DNA from: Lama glama
Lineage: Eukaryota
Assembly: GCA_028534125.1 (NCBI GenBank)
Contig: CM052817.1
Coordinates: forward strand, 95,110,001-95,174,000
DNA: 64,000 nucleotides
Reading direction: 5' to 3'
Of this stretch, positions 1-13,345 are shown in pieces. The translations under genes were made by a program, and so were the position numbers. The notes beneath the pieces are model-generated. The model saw nothing but the letters and a program-made list of their open reading frames with translations. It was not told the DNA's origin and made no database searches. Numbering within the stretch: the stretch's first letter is position 1; each line of letters starts with the position of its first letter.

Positions 1-249
1 TACTCCTTGGGTCTTTCTTGCTGCTTCCTCACACCTACGCGGCTTCCAGGCATACATTACTAACAGTTCCGCCATTACACCATGCCCGCACGTTTCCATA
101 CCTTTACATGTGTCATGCCCCCTTTCATAATGTCTCCACTTTATCCTCCACCTGAGTAGGCTTCATATTTATCCTTAAGATTCAATTGAACCATTACTTC
201 TTTAAGAAAAAAATTTTAAATATTATTCCTAATATTCTACTGTGTTCCC

Positions 250-425
250 ACACCTCTTGTATGAACTTACTAGACTATACTGTAATTGTTGATTTCTTTG
301 CCTGTCTCTTCCACCAGACTATGAAGTGCTTAAGGGCAAAAACAGTGACTATCTTTGCTGCGTTCTCAGTACCTAACAGTGCCTGGCACTAAGCAGGCCC
401 TAAATAAATATTTACTGAAGAAAGC
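250..425 (+). repeat. LINE-2 3' end
   Basis: ccaccagactatgaag...cagtgcctggcac...aaatatttactgaa matches the L2 tail as remembered. Confidence 0.75.
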
Positions 426-3343
426 GTGAATCTGTCTTGTATGGGAATGCCAAGACTGCTCAAAAAAATCTATAGTCTAAGTTTGAGGTCAAACAAAAAA
501 CAAGAGATACAAAAATGTTGCTCTCTTAAAAATACATGATATTCTACCATGTATTTTAGTTTCAAAAGGAAACGTACCCCAAACGCATAGTTACTTCAGC
601 TCCATTTCAGAAATTAGTAACGAATATAATTACAAATAATTTTTTAATTGCTTATGTTAGAGAGAGATAAAAGACAGCAATATTTCTAGCCTAAAAATTC
701 TGTGTACCATACCAAAACATTCTACACTCATTTCAAAGATACCCTGAAGTTAGTTATAAAAACTAACTTAAAAAATATTTTCTTTTAAATTAGCTAAATT
801 CAATAAAAACTATTTTTTTCCAAAGGCTCAATAAATTAAACACTCTGTCTTACCAAACCAATTTATGTTTGTAGATACTTCCTAAATCATTCTACTTTAT
901 ATCAAATTGTTTAAAATAGGCCCCTCAAAAGAAAGTAAATGTAAGTAGATTTTAGGAACGATGGATAGAGTCAGAGCCTTTGTCTGCATCTCCTTACTCT
1001 ACCACACACATTAATGGAACCCAAATTATAATAGTAAATGTTATTTTAACAGAAGAGCTGACTTATTAACCACTTCTGTCAAAGTACCATATACGGACTC
1101 CCATTGCCATGCGACTGATTTAAGACACAAGGGGGAGAGCCAAAATGCTCACCCACATGGAAGAAAAGGAAAATATCATTACAGCTCTCCTAACATCAAA
1201 GACTTGTTTCAAGCCCCCTCTTAAAAAAAAAAAATAACAACTTGGTAACAGCTTTATTATCTGAAGACAAAAACAAGGCTTAAAATTCACTTAAGAGCTC
1301 AATATTGTGTTCCATCAATATTTTACCCCTTTGTGGCTACATATTTTGGAAGCAAAATGCTAACAATGAACCAAAGGACAGCTTTCACAAATGCTACAAA
1401 TATCTGCTTAACCTTAAGTTAACAAGTTGTTTTTCATGAACTGCACAGAAATAATTTTGAGAGCTGTCACTGTATGTCCAACAAATGACTTCATATTTAA
1501 GAACAAAAGTATCTACAATAGTTTTTTAAGAAAAGAAATAACTAGATAGCAAATTGAAAAGGACTTTAAGTTTTTTTGGATTTTAGCTAGAGATGCTTTC
1601 TAAAATGTTAAAATGGGCACAATTAATAATATAGTATTCTTTGGTTTCTCACGCTAAGTGACAAAAAAATTTCCTTCACACATATTTTCCCTTCTGAGAG
1701 CAAAGGAAATGAACAATATTAAACCAGAACATGTTAAATATGAAGGATTTAAACATTTAAAAAGCAACCATATCTTTATTTGAAATCATCTCCTAAATAA
1801 CTTTCTGGACAACATGAGCATGATTTCCTGCATAAAAGCAACAAAACTGAGATGAAGTATTCTGAAAAGATAATGATACAAAGACTCTGAAATGCTAAAT
1901 TCTCACTTCCATACAGAAAGTTTCCTGTGCAGAAGCAACAAATCATAAACATCTTGTAAAATGTTCTTAGGTTGTTGGTTTCCCATTTGTGTAGGATAGA
2001 TAATTTTGAAAACAAGAAAGTAGAATGAGCAGTATAAATAAATTCAACTCTGATGCCAAAACATGTTCTAATTGGCCAAATTCAGTTTTAGTATCTTGCA
2101 ATCATTAAGCAGTAAACTTCATTTCTGTTTTAAGTCTAGGTCCTTCCTCAGGTATAGAAGTTAAAATACGCATTCTAGAGTAGTAAAGGAAGGGCCTGAT
2201 CTCTTTGTAGAGATTTTTCAACAGAGGTAACAAAGACCTAGATGTAATATTATGCTTTATAACTGAAGTGAAGGAAAACATACGAGAGGAAAAAGAATAA
2301 TCTTTGGGTAAATAGGGTAACTATTTGTTCTTTTCATCCTGAACTAAAATTTTTTAAAGTTATTATTGTAAATCAATAATAAAGTCACAGAAAATAAGTT
2401 TAGAGTGTCTCAAGTAAACAAATTCATAATTTCTAGTAAAAAAGGAAAACCTATTAAAACACTCCAATACATACTACACCCTCCAGTGGGCAAGCATCCA
2501 TGGAAAAATATAAAAAGATTTAGTTGGAATTTCCACTCAGTTAAATCAGTCCTATAACTAATGAAATGATGGTTCTAAAAACCTCATAAAACTTCACACT
2601 ATTTTAATCACTTGTCTTAATATCTGAGTTATAAGAAGCAAAGATTTTTTAAAAAAATAACAATTTGGATGTTAGAGAGAAATAATGTAAGAAAATAAAA
2701 TCATGATCTTCTTATCTTTCCTTAAAAAACAAAGTGCTATCAGATTCTTAATTTCTTTAACTTAGAAAGAAAAAAGGCAAACAGAATGAATCACATATAA
2801 AGATGTATAATCAAAAGATAAAGTATCCTTATATACCATGAGCTGCAAAGGCAGCACTAATATTTTAAAGCAAAATCCAAAAATTATGGTTCCTTAGTGA
2901 GAACTGTGGCAGAAAAGCAGTATGTTCATTAAGTTTTTCAGGAAAACAACTTACATTATCACCTGGTAATATTAGTATTACTGGTCTCATGGGGCTATGT
3001 AGTCACTACATAGAAATATAAACACACTTAGAATAAAATTAAGAGACTATTTAAAAGAGCCCTTATTCCATATGGCTAATGTTTCAGCACTTAAACGATA
3101 TAGTAGAAGCAAAGACTAGATTAAAAATATCCCACAACAATACAAATATCATTTAAAGTTTCTCTATTTAACAAAATACAAACATATATTTGATACATAA
3201 ATGTAGAAATCATTATGAAGGTACATCATTCCCAAAATGCAGTAAAGAATTTTTGAATACTCTAGGAAAAACTAGTACAACTAAGACAACTCGAGGCCTT
3301 GAACTTATCACTAGGCTATGAGACCAGCAATTAAAGGACAATA

Positions 3344-3360
3344 CTGACATCTAGTGGACA
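3344..3360 (-). promoter_or_regulatory. Candidate CTCF site
   Basis: Minus strand TGTCCACTAGATGTCAG resembles the CTCF core CCACYAGRKGGC with one mismatch. Confidence 0.5.
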
Positions 3361-4384
3361 CTACAAATACATACAACACATAGTTTGGATCAAAACTTAT
3401 TTCTAGTGTTTGACATATTTCCATCTATCTGAAGAATTATATGACAAATCTTCAGTTTTAAACCAAAACAAGCTGACTCTGCTCCCAAAAGGCTTCTCAA
3501 TATGAGTGACCCAATCATGCGATAAATATAAAATGTTTAACAAAGCATAAGAAGTAACTATCTCAAGTCTTTAAAGCACTGAACACTGATTAAATGTATC
3601 AAATACATGACCAAAAGAAGGATTAGCAAATGGTCTAATATGATTGTGATAATAAAAGAATTTAAAGGTTCTCAATTCAAAAAGTAAAAAGTGAAAAAAA
3701 ATTTAAATGATGAAAATCAGGAGCTGATCTATTTATGAATTTATTCAAACATGGGAAGTATGTTTTAACCTGTACGGTCTGTCAAACAAAATAAGAAATG
3801 GTTTTAAACTAAAAGAAGAGTATCTAATTTATGACAATTTTTCAAAACCAAACTGGTTCTCAAGAAAATTCATAGGATTTGTTTTTTAAAAGTAAAGGAA
3901 GATAACTGTCTAGGTAATTGTCTTAAAAAGCAATGAATTTATCTCAAAGGACAAAAAACAAATAAAACAAAAACACCTATGGACAATGTCCTTACTCATT
4001 ATTTGTTAATACATAAGCAAATTTCACAGAAGAACAACACTGCACCTAATGAGGAAACAATGAAAGTATATGTGGTCTTTATTAAGTATTTTATTATAAC
4101 TCAGGGAAGAAGTAAATGTAGAGATAGGATTTAAACATAAAGACTAAGTCATGTAAGAGTCCAGGCCACAAAACTGGAAAGCTTTCAAAAATCACAGATC
4201 CTTCCCGTAAATCTTAGAACCACCTAATTTAAAAGATTTTAATGATTATTTGAGCTCAAAGATTTTCTGACAAGAAAAATGCTAAGGGCCAGAACTTTCC
4301 AAGTATACAGTTCAAAATCATTGAAGCTATCTCTGCAATGTAAATATTTTGGGACTAATAAAATTCAGATCACAAAAGCATTGT

Positions 4385-5280
4385 CCTATTGGCTTCAAAA
4401 AGTTATCAAGGATAAATAAATTGTGGTATATTCAAATAATGGACTAAACTCAGTAATGAAAAAAAATGAAGCAAAGACACATGCAACGATGGATGAAAAA
4501 ATGTTTTGGTTCATGTAGAAATCCACAAATTCAAATCTGTTTAAAAGATAGATGACTATTTTTAATAATGAGTAACATTGATCATGTGTCATTCCTACAA
4601 TTTTATCTTCACCTTTTTTGCAGTGTTTTTGGAAAATATCTGTGTTACTCACTCAGCATTATTTTAATACTGTATAAACATGCATAATAAATATTAAATT
4701 CTTATTTACTTTAAAAAATATTAGGCTGAGTGAAAGAGGCCTTACATGAAGGTATACCCCATATGATTCCATTTACATGAAATTCTAGAACAGGGAAAAC
4801 TGATCTATGGAATGAATGAATGAATAAATAAATAAAATCAGAAAAACAGTTATGTCTAAGGGCAGGACAGAGACGGAAACTGACTAAAAAGGGATACAAG
4901 GGAATTTTCTGGGGTAACAGAAATGTTCTATATCTTAACAGGATTTGGGGTTACACAGATATATATGCATTTGTTAAAACTCACCAATATTATACTTAAG
5001 ATTTGTATAAAATTTATATAAATTTTACCTTAAAAAATGAACTTCAAGCAAGTATTAATAACCCTAGCTATATATCATGCTAAAGTGTTTGGAGTGATGT
5101 GTACAAATACATAGAATTCACTTTGAAATGCACATAATAATTAGTTAATCGACAGAGTATAATAAAGCAATATAACAAAACTTTAACAACTGTAAAATCT
5201 AGGATGTGAATAAACTGGGGTTCACTATACAATTCTTTCAGCTTTTCTGTACATCTGAAAATTTCCATAATAAAATATTG
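4385..5280 (+). repeat. Old L1M 3' region, interrupted by a ~210-bp insert
   Basis: ttgtggtatattc, gctgagtgaaagaggcc, tatgattccatttacatgaaattctagaacagg, aatgttctatatctt. Confidence 0.75.
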
Positions 5281-5472
5281 AGGAAAAAAGATGACAATCA
5301 GAATTCAAAAGAATATTAAAAACACTAAAAATTTTAAATGTTTTCTTAGATATTAACAATTTTCCTTTTATATGTTAACATTTTAATCTGACTAATTTAA
5401 CGTCAAAGGTGACTATCTTCTAGAGAGCAAGAATTACAGGACAAAATATTTTTTAAAATTTTAAAGACATAC

Positions 5473-5593
5473 CCGAATTTCTTGAAGATTGTGAAAATTA
5501 TTTCCCACTCTGACTGAGATCTTGCTTGGAGTATAGCTTTCATCAGATTTGTAGTCCGCATAAATACATAATGTCTTCACTGTTGTTTTTCTT
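5473..5593 (-). CDS. ANAPC10: ANAPC10 (APC10/DOC1) coding exon 4, 121 nt; next exon lies outside the window
   Basis: Translates (R)RKTTVKTLCIYADYKSDESYTPSKISVRVGNNFHNLQEIR; AG acceptor at 5594-5595 and GT donor at 5471-5472; phase fits exon 3. Confidence 0.97.
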
Positions 5594-6139
5594 CTAAAAG
5601 CAATAAAGTAAAAACAATGTGCCTTTTATCATGCGGAAGGATTATATCCAAAACATCTTATTCTGATTTTAAAAGTCACAGTTTGCTAAAATGAGTATCT
5701 GAATCAATAATTTCCATTTTCTTTAATTTTAGCAATGATGGAAATGAAGCACATGTAAAAAAAAAAGATACACATGTTACTTGTACAGACATCTCTTACC
5801 TAGAACATGGTCAAGAACCAGATGTGAGCAAAAAAGGAACAGTGAAGCCAAAATAGCTACCTTAGAGTGCAAACAAGCATCAAAGATTTCAGTTCTCCTT
5901 ATCTGTATTCTAGACAAAGAAATTATTCTAACAAGCTTGACTAGTTAACAGTTAATTACTTAATTTCCTATGTTAATACTTGAAAATATAACTAAGTGAG
6001 AAACTAAGTCTAGCAAGGAGAAAAATGGTCTTTTTAAAAATAGAAAGTATAACCTTATCATTTAATGCAAGAAATAAAGTTTTGCTATTTTAAAATATAT
6101 ACCTTAGAAAAATAAGCAAAGATTACAGAAAAAAATTAA

Positions 6140-6790
6140 TCTCAGTAAGCTGCAAGTGGCCAAAAAACATGAAAATACGTTCAATCTCTAATAATTAAAG
6201 AAAAAGAAATTAAAATATACAGATATTAGTTTTTTATCATATTGGGAAATATGAAAATAATTAATAATACTCAAATTTGATGAGAAAAAGGTACTTTCCT
6301 AGCCACTAGGAAGACACAGTCTTTGACCCACAAATTCAACTTCTAAGAATGCATTAAAAGACAATAAATAACATAACTACTCTAAAACGGATGAAGAAAA
6401 ATGTTCATGATCTTGCAGCTGAATTACTGAAAAATTATAAATAACCTAAATGTCCATCTCAATAGGGAATTAGGTAAACAAACTACATTATACAAATTCA
6501 ATGAAATCCTACACAACGATTTAAGATGCGCACAGATAGTTAAAGTAGGGAAAAAGCAGATTACAAAACAGAATATTAAAAAGAATTGCATTTTGGGAAA
6601 AACAAAAAAACTTTTAAAGTCATATAAACCTATATATAGGTATACATAGAAAAAGGCCCAGGTAGAATCATATGAGAACAGTAAAAGTGACTATTTAGGT
6701 GGGGTGGAACTATGGGAGATCCTTGTTTTCTTCTTTATGATTTCCATATTTTCTGATTAATGTTTTACAATAAGCATATATTATTCTGGT
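6140..6790 (+). repeat. Old L1M 3' fragment
   Basis: gtggccaaaaaacatgaaaa, tttgacccacaaattcaacttctaagaat, acctaaatgtccatc. Confidence 0.65.
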
Positions 6791-7489
6791 CTTTGGGGGG
6801 GGGGAAATTAGACAATTTTAAGTATCAACCAAAAAAAAATTAAGAAGCCTATTTAAATATGCTTTAAAAGTTAAGATCTGGTATAACCGGCACTGACTTC
6901 ATAACAATGAGCTCCTTGAACAGAAGCAGTCTGTGTCAAAAGTCAGCTATAAAAACAGCAGGGGATCTGTAGTTCTGAGTGAGGAAACCAAACTTCTGTA
7001 GCCCAAGCTTTTCATCAGAAAGGAATGGGGCAAGTTAAGGACTTTTCCTCAAATAATAAAGACTGATCAAGGTGTAAAACGCTAAATACTCAGGAACTGC
7101 TGACAGGATAAATACCATTACCAGATTTTCAAAAGAGGCCAGTGGTATTAAACTGACATCTTTCTCTTTCTGCTGGGCCAGGACGGAGATGGGAGAGGAT
7201 GCAAAGGAAGAAGACGAAATTTTGAATGGCGTACAAAAGAACTTTTCCCTGATGCACCAGCCATAAAGAGGCAGTGAAAGTTCTTTCTTAATATGGAGAG
7301 ATCAAAGATCATGATGATAACTCTTAAGGACTTTTTTTTTTTTAACAAAAGCCAAACTAAAGGACCAAGCTTTTTACTCAGGATAATTTTATCTCTAAGT
7401 TATTAAATTCAAGATAACTTGGTCACTAAGACCTAAAAGATATAATCAGGGTTAGGTTAGAAAGGCAAAAAAACAGTAGTAACACTAAT

Positions 7490-7745
7490 GATTATAAACA
7501 CAACAGCAACAGCAGCAAATAGCAAGTGAATACTGTGTCTGGCCCAGAAGTAATGTTTTATGTGTATTATCTCATCTACTCCTCAACCTTGCAATAGAGG
7601 AACTATTATCACTTCCATTTTACTGACTGAAAAAATAAAAACAGTAACACTCAGGTTAATAACTGGCTTAAGGTCACAAAGCTAGTAAATGGGCAGAGCG
7701 GAAGTTCACATGTGTCTGCCTGCCTCACATGATCTTAACTACTAT
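7490..7745 (-). repeat. MIR SINE
   Basis: aaggtcacaaagctagtaaatgggcagagc matches the reverse-complement MIR core. Confidence 0.75.
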
Positions 7746-9310
7746 CACCTTCCTACTAATCAACTGTACTTAGCTTACTCAACATTGTCATTGACACCAT
7801 TTTACAGTAAATACATAGATGTTTGTAATGCTTCAAATTTTACCTACATCATGAGCTCATGTAGCACCAGAAATCATCGGTATAACTCAGGCAATATACG
7901 CAGTTTCATTAGACTTGCAAAGGAAACTGTGACCTCACCAAGAATTTTAAACTGTCACTCTAAAAGGTACCCATTAAACCTTTTAAATTTTTTATCAATT
8001 TTATCTCATGGTAAAATTTTAAAATAACATTGCACAGAAAATCGTGCTGTTTGTCAAATGGCAATGCATGTGGGAAGATTAAGTGCACAGATTATATGAG
8101 ACTTAGTGGTAGCTACTCAAATGCTCAAATCATCTTGATAATAATAATCACCATAAATGAATGCTTACGAAACACCAGGCACTATGCTAACTTCTTAGGA
8201 TACAGTATTGTAAGAAGGGAGAAGGAAGAAGGTAAGACTTCCCATTTCTGATGATGTAAGTACCACTCCCAGCCTCTATCCCCTCACCCACTACTCCCCT
8301 TCTGCAGAGAAAGAGCTGCTGGCAGGAAGCCAGTATTTGCTCTGTTCCTTCATGTCACACATTTAATAGGAGCAGGCTCCACCTGGTCTAGCACTTTCAT
8401 AACTGGATGGGTAACTCTGCTTAATTTTAGGGTTCAATTTTAGGAAACACAGACATTAACCCTTTTAAAACATCAGCTTTGTCAGTTTTATAAGAGTGAT
8501 ACTTTGGTCTCTACCTGCTGACTCTTGAATAATTTCCCAACTGATTTGGAACCCATGAAATTACAACAGAAGACATTAGGGACAGATAACTCCTAGTTGC
8601 CAACCTAACAGCCTCCTGTCCCTTCTTTTTTCAGAACATCCAGCTAACAGACTATACTCCCCAGCTTCCCTTAATGCTAGGTATGACTGTATGACTAAGT
8701 TATGGCCAGTAAGAGTTGAACCAAATGACTGTTGTGTTATAAAGAACCTCTTTAAAAGGAAGACATGCCCCTTTTACCTTTCCCACCTACTCCTTCCCAC
8801 CGCCTGGGATTTAGACAAAAGTCAGGATGTCCTGTCTGCCCATGAAGGAATTACTGCTACCAGACTTGCCCTCCCACCATAAACAACTAGAATACCAGGC
8901 AACATCTACGAAACATCTGACTGCAGACACTGAACAACAGGAGAGAAAGGGAATGAATGAAGTAAGTCCTATGAACAACTGGGCTTTTGGACTGAAGGCA
9001 ATTTCTGGACTGCAATACAGGGAAGGAAGAGTCTAACAGAATCCTGCAGTCTCACTAATTGATGAAGGAGCTATACTGAGAAAAAAACTCCAGACATCTG
9101 CATGGAGTTCCCTTGAGTCTTTGAATACCAATCTGTGCATGCGTGGGACGAAACTCCACAAAGACATGCAAAGAACAGCAGTTGCTGTGAGAAGTATAAT
9201 TCCTTAGAAGCAGTAAGCCAAACAATTCCCAGAGGTCACACAGAGTAGCCAATCAACAGCGTTCCTAACAACCAAAGTGGAGAGTCCAAATATCTCTTCA
9301 AATATCTAGG

Positions 9311-9438
9311 GCAGCCTACTGTATAGCACAAGGAACTATATTCACAATCCTGTAGTAACCTATAATGGAAAGGAATCTGGTATACACCTGAAACATTGTA
9401 AATCAACTATACTTCAGTAAAAAAAAATGAAAAAAAAA
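9311..9438 (+). mobile_element. Short 5'-truncated younger L1 3' end with poly(A) and target-site duplication
   Basis: ctactgtatagcacaaggaactatattc...ttgtaaatcaactatacttcag + A tail; TCAAATATCTAGG at 9298-9310 and 9442-9454. Confidence 0.8.
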
Positions 9439-9519
9439 CCCTCAAATATCTAGGACATTCATTTGAGATCCCAGAAGGGTCAAGCCATAGCATTCCATGA
9501 GGCTAATCTTGCCCATGAG

Positions 9520-10026
9520 AAGTGATCTTAAAGAGTGGTCTGGGGATCTGTGGGGGATCTCAAGACTCCTTTAGGGGATCAACAAGGTCATAACTATTTT
9601 CCTAATAATACTAAGATGTTATTTGTCTTTTTCAGAATCATTCTCTTATGAGTATACAGTGCAGTTTTCCAGATGCAATCTGACATGGGATACTGTAAAA
9701 GGTTTAATGAAGAAGCATATGTGAGACTCCAGCTGTCTTCTCTTAAGTCGGACCACTAAAGAGATTCACAAGAAAAGTAAAACAGTAACACTATTCTCAC
9801 TATTTTGTGTTTTGGAAGAGACAGTTATTTTTCATTGAAAAATGTTATTTATGTTAACATATAGTAGATTATTATTCAATTTTAGATAATAAATACTTTA
9901 AAATTCCTCAGCTATCATTTCTAATATGGTTAATACTGAAAAGATATAAAAAATAAATAAAAGGCTTTTGGAGGCCTCAATAAAAGGTTAAAATGGTACT
10001 GGAACCAAAAAGTTGGAGAATTGCTG
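9520..10026 (+). mobile_element. hAT-Charlie non-autonomous element (MER119-like)
   Basis: aaggtcataactattttcctaataatactaagatgttatttg; ends aagttggagaattgctg; flanked by cccatgag/ccctagag. Confidence 0.65.
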
Positions 10027-10034
10027 CCCTAGAG

Positions 10035-10257
10035 CAGGGATCAGCAAACCCACGGTTCAGACGCCAACTGTGGCTTACCACCTATTTTTGTAAATAAAGT
10101 AACAGTGAAACAAAGCAATGCCCATTCACTCACCTACTGTCCGCAGCTGCTTCTGCACTACAATAGCAGCGCTGGGCAGTTGCAACAGCCTAAACATAGT
10201 TTGCAAGGCCTAAAATGTTTACTGTCTACGCCATTACAAAAAGTTTGCTGACTCCCA
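10035..10257 (+). mobile_element. MER58A-like hAT-Charlie MITE
   Basis: Inverted termini cagggatcagcaaac ... gtttgctgactccca; ttttgtaaataaagt; flanked by ccctagag/ccctggag. Confidence 0.85.
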
Positions 10258-10559
10258 CCCTGGAGTAAAAGGTACTCTAGACCCACTATAAAGAGGCTTA
10301 AAATCAAGCCTCAAAAAGATCAAGTTGATTCTTAAGTAACTTCACTGCCTGCCAGAACAAAGTCTAATCCTCTTAAAAAAAAAAAATCTAACATTCAACT
10401 TGGTGAGATTTACTATATCCAGGATCCAATCAAAAATTACTGCAAAGATGCAGAAAAATGTGAGCCATAATGAGGAAAGATCAGTCAATAAAGATAGATA
10501 TAGAAAAGACAGATGATAGAATTTAAAAATAATAAATTAAAAAGAGGTAATATAAATAT

Positions 10560-10940
10560 GTGCCTACAGATGTATAACAAACCACCTCGAAACTTAGTGG
10601 CTTTAAAAAGTAGTCATTATTTTGTTTATGAATCTGGAATGTGGGCAGGGCTCTGAAGGGAAGGTCCTACACAACATCAGGTGTAGCACCCTGACTTGAG
10701 ATCTGAAGGATTTGTTTCCAAGATGGCTCACCAATACGGCTGGCAAGTTGGTGCTGGTTGTCAGCTGGGAGCTTAGCTGACGACTTGGGCTTTGGTTCAT
10801 TATTCTAATGGACTTCTCCATTTGATGTGGGTTTTCTCACAGCATGGTAGATGGGTATCAAGGGGGAGAATCACATAAAAGAAAGAGAACAAGGCAGAAA
10901 TTGCCTTTTATGAACAAGCCTTAGAAATAATAGTGTCATA
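10560..10940 (-). repeat. MaLR LTR (MLT1 family)
   Basis: taacaaaccacctcgaaacttagtggcttta, ccaagatggctcac, ggcaagttggtgctggttg, ctcacagcatgg. Confidence 0.8.
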
Positions 10941-10959
10941 ACATACTTTATTAGAAAAC

Positions 10960-11740
10960 GATTTAAAAACCAAACAATGAGATATGACATCAAAAGTACA
11001 AGCAACGTAAAAAATAAACAAAATGTATTTCATCAAAAATAAAAATTTTTATAAAGTGGTAACCCACAGAATGGGAGAAAATAAAATCCAGAATATATAA
11101 AAAAACTCCTAAAAATCAACAACAAAAAAGCAAAAAGCCCAATTCAAAAATGGGCAAAGGACTTGAATAGCCATTTCTCCAAAAAAGATATTAAATGGCC
11201 AATAAGTACTTGAAAAAAGGCTCAACATCACTAATCATTAAAGAAATGCAAATCAAAACCTTAATGATGGTTTCACTTCACACCCATTAGAATGGCTATT
11301 ATCAAAAAAATAGAAAACGAGGATTGGCATGGATGCGGAGAAATGGGAAACAATATACAGCATTGTTTTGGAGGATGTAAAATGGTGCAGCTGCTGTGGA
11401 AAACAGTATGGTAGTACCTCAAAAAATTAAACACAGAATTACCATTGGATCTAGCAATTCCACTTCTAGGTATACATGCAAAAGAACTGAAGGCCAGGAC
11501 TCAAACAGATAACTTGTCCATCATCTTCAGAGCAGGATTACTCACAATAGCCATAAGGTGGAAACAATCCAAATGTCCATCAACAATAAACAAAATTGGT
11601 ATATACATACAATGGAATACTATTTAGACTTAAAAAGGAATGAAATTCTAATACATGGATGGATCATGAAAACATTATGCTAAGTTACGCTAAACACAAA
11701 AGGACAAATATTGTATGATTCTATTGTATGAGATACCTAG
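10960..11740 (+). repeat. L1 ORF2 3' end and 3' UTR (L1MB-like)
   Basis: aaaatgggcaaaggacttgaatagccatttctcc, ctcaacatcactaatcatt, gcaattccacttctaggtata. Confidence 0.88.
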
Positions 11741-11875
11741 AGCAAGTTACTCAATCTCTCTGCTTCTAAGGCTATAAAATAAAGATAAAAATAGCCATAA
11801 AAGTTAAATGAAATAAACAGGTAAGGCATTTAGCAAAGTATCTGGTATTTAAAGCCTTTTAAAAAATATTAGCTG
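11740..11875 (+). repeat. MIR fragment
   Basis: gcaagttactcaatctctctgc...ttaaatgaaataa...gtaaggcatttagca. Confidence 0.6.
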
Positions 11876-11916
11876 CTGTTTTTATTTCTGGTGTATATAT
11901 ATTTAATATCCTAAGA

Positions 11917-12130
11917 CAAGAGTTGGCATACATAGCCCACTGACTGAAACCTGTCCACCACCTACATTGGTAAGATTAATTAGAAAAGGTAAATTCAGTC
12001 ATTATGCATTGCCTACAGCGGCTTTCATGCAATAATGGCATTACTAAGTACTTGCAACAGGGACCAGACAGCATACAAGGTCTAAAATATTTACTATCTG
12101 GCTTTTTCATAAGAAATTTGCTGATCTGTA
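11917..12130 (+). mobile_element. Second MER58A-like MITE
   Basis: ctaaaatatttactatctggc, aatttgctgatc; 8-bp TSD tcctaaga (11909-11916) / tcctagga (12131-12138). Confidence 0.8.
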
Positions 12131-12748
12131 TCCTAGGACAATAAAAACAAACTAAAACTACAATGTTGGAGAATGTTAAAATAGATGGTATAAATGGAGC
12201 AAGATAAACAAGTTAACTGGTTTCCATCTATGCCAATAAATTCAAAGCACTTGACAAACATATGGCTGTTTTCCACTTCCTCCCTAAAAGTAAGCATTTC
12301 AAAACTGAGAATATCCTTTGAGGTAATAAGTTAGAATAATTTTTTTTCTAAATGGAAGTACAAATATGAGAAGTTATATAAATGGTCTATAGTTCAAGAC
12401 TTACTATCATCACTCCTGGTGGACTTAATGAAATGCATTAAGGCACTGCATTGTGTCACAAGCAAAGCATAATTTTTTTGAAATAAATCATACTGAAAAG
12501 TACATCTGAGAAACATCTACATGAAAAGAACTGTGTACAATATCATCAAGAATTCATAAAAGATAAGACAAAGTAAACTTAAAACATTTAAAATCTAGCA
12601 GAGCAGAAAAATAATCTCTAAGGCTTACAAAAAGGCAGAGCTAAGTGCACTTCACTACAATGTCTGTATTTCTTTAAGTTTTATGTAAATAAAAGATTTC
12701 TTTATCCACTGATAACTTATATAAGCTGAAAATTCAAAAACATATTAC

Positions 12749-12839
12749 CTGAATTGGATGTTCACTAAATGAGGCTGGGAGCCATCTGACTGCCAGTAAG
12801 TTTCTAGATTGTCATCTCGTAATTGATCCACTCCAAACC
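12749..12839 (-). CDS. ANAPC10: ANAPC10 coding exon 3, 91 nt
   Basis: Translates (G)[29 protein letters not shown](R); canonical AG/GT ends. Confidence 0.97.
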
Positions 12840-13006
12840 CTAAAAACACCAAAGTTACAATAAATTCTCATAAAAAAGAAAGAGCCATATATTCAAAATA
12901 CAAAATTACCAAATATATTTGATCAGAAAGTTTGATAAAGATGATGGTCAATACTGTGAAATTTAAATTAACCAAAATTCTTCCATCCTCTTAAGATCTC
13001 AGTTCT

Positions 13007-13345
13007 TGTAAGTGTAAAAATAATAAACACAAATCTCAATTAAATAGAGTTGAGAGACCAGATGGGGGAGCTCTCACACCCTGTGACCATAACAGAGCCC
13101 AAAAGGAAGAAGACTCCTCTTTCCTGGCAAGGATGCAGCCAATGAGAAGCCATGGCCTCTTTGTCTACTATAGCCCTCCCAGCTTCCTTTTCCTCTCTAT
13201 AAAAGGGTTCTACTTCCCTTGCCAAGGGGGAACTTGCAAATGGCTTGCCATGGTTGCAGATCCCAAATTGCAATTCTCTGCTGATCCCAAGTAAACCCAT
13301 CTTTGCTGGAGAAATATATGGCTGACTATTTATTTCAGATCAATA
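13007..13345 (+). repeat. 5' LTR of the ERV (boundaries approximate)
   Basis: Starts TG; CCAAT 13139-13143, TATAAAA 13198-13204, AGTAAA ~13290; followed by PBS-like TGGCCTATACG 13352-13362. Confidence 0.75.

Larger units (their letters stand above)
8880..10560 (+). repeat. Ancient L1M 5'-region fragment hosting nested insertions
   Basis: L1M 5'-like segments at ~8880-9300, ~9455-9510 and ~10265-10560 resume across the younger inserts. Confidence 0.45.

Noticed and set aside
7140..7345. Possible alternative ANAPC10 exon or pseudogene fragment (66-aa minus ORF)
   Set aside because: No convincing acceptor and no recognisable homology
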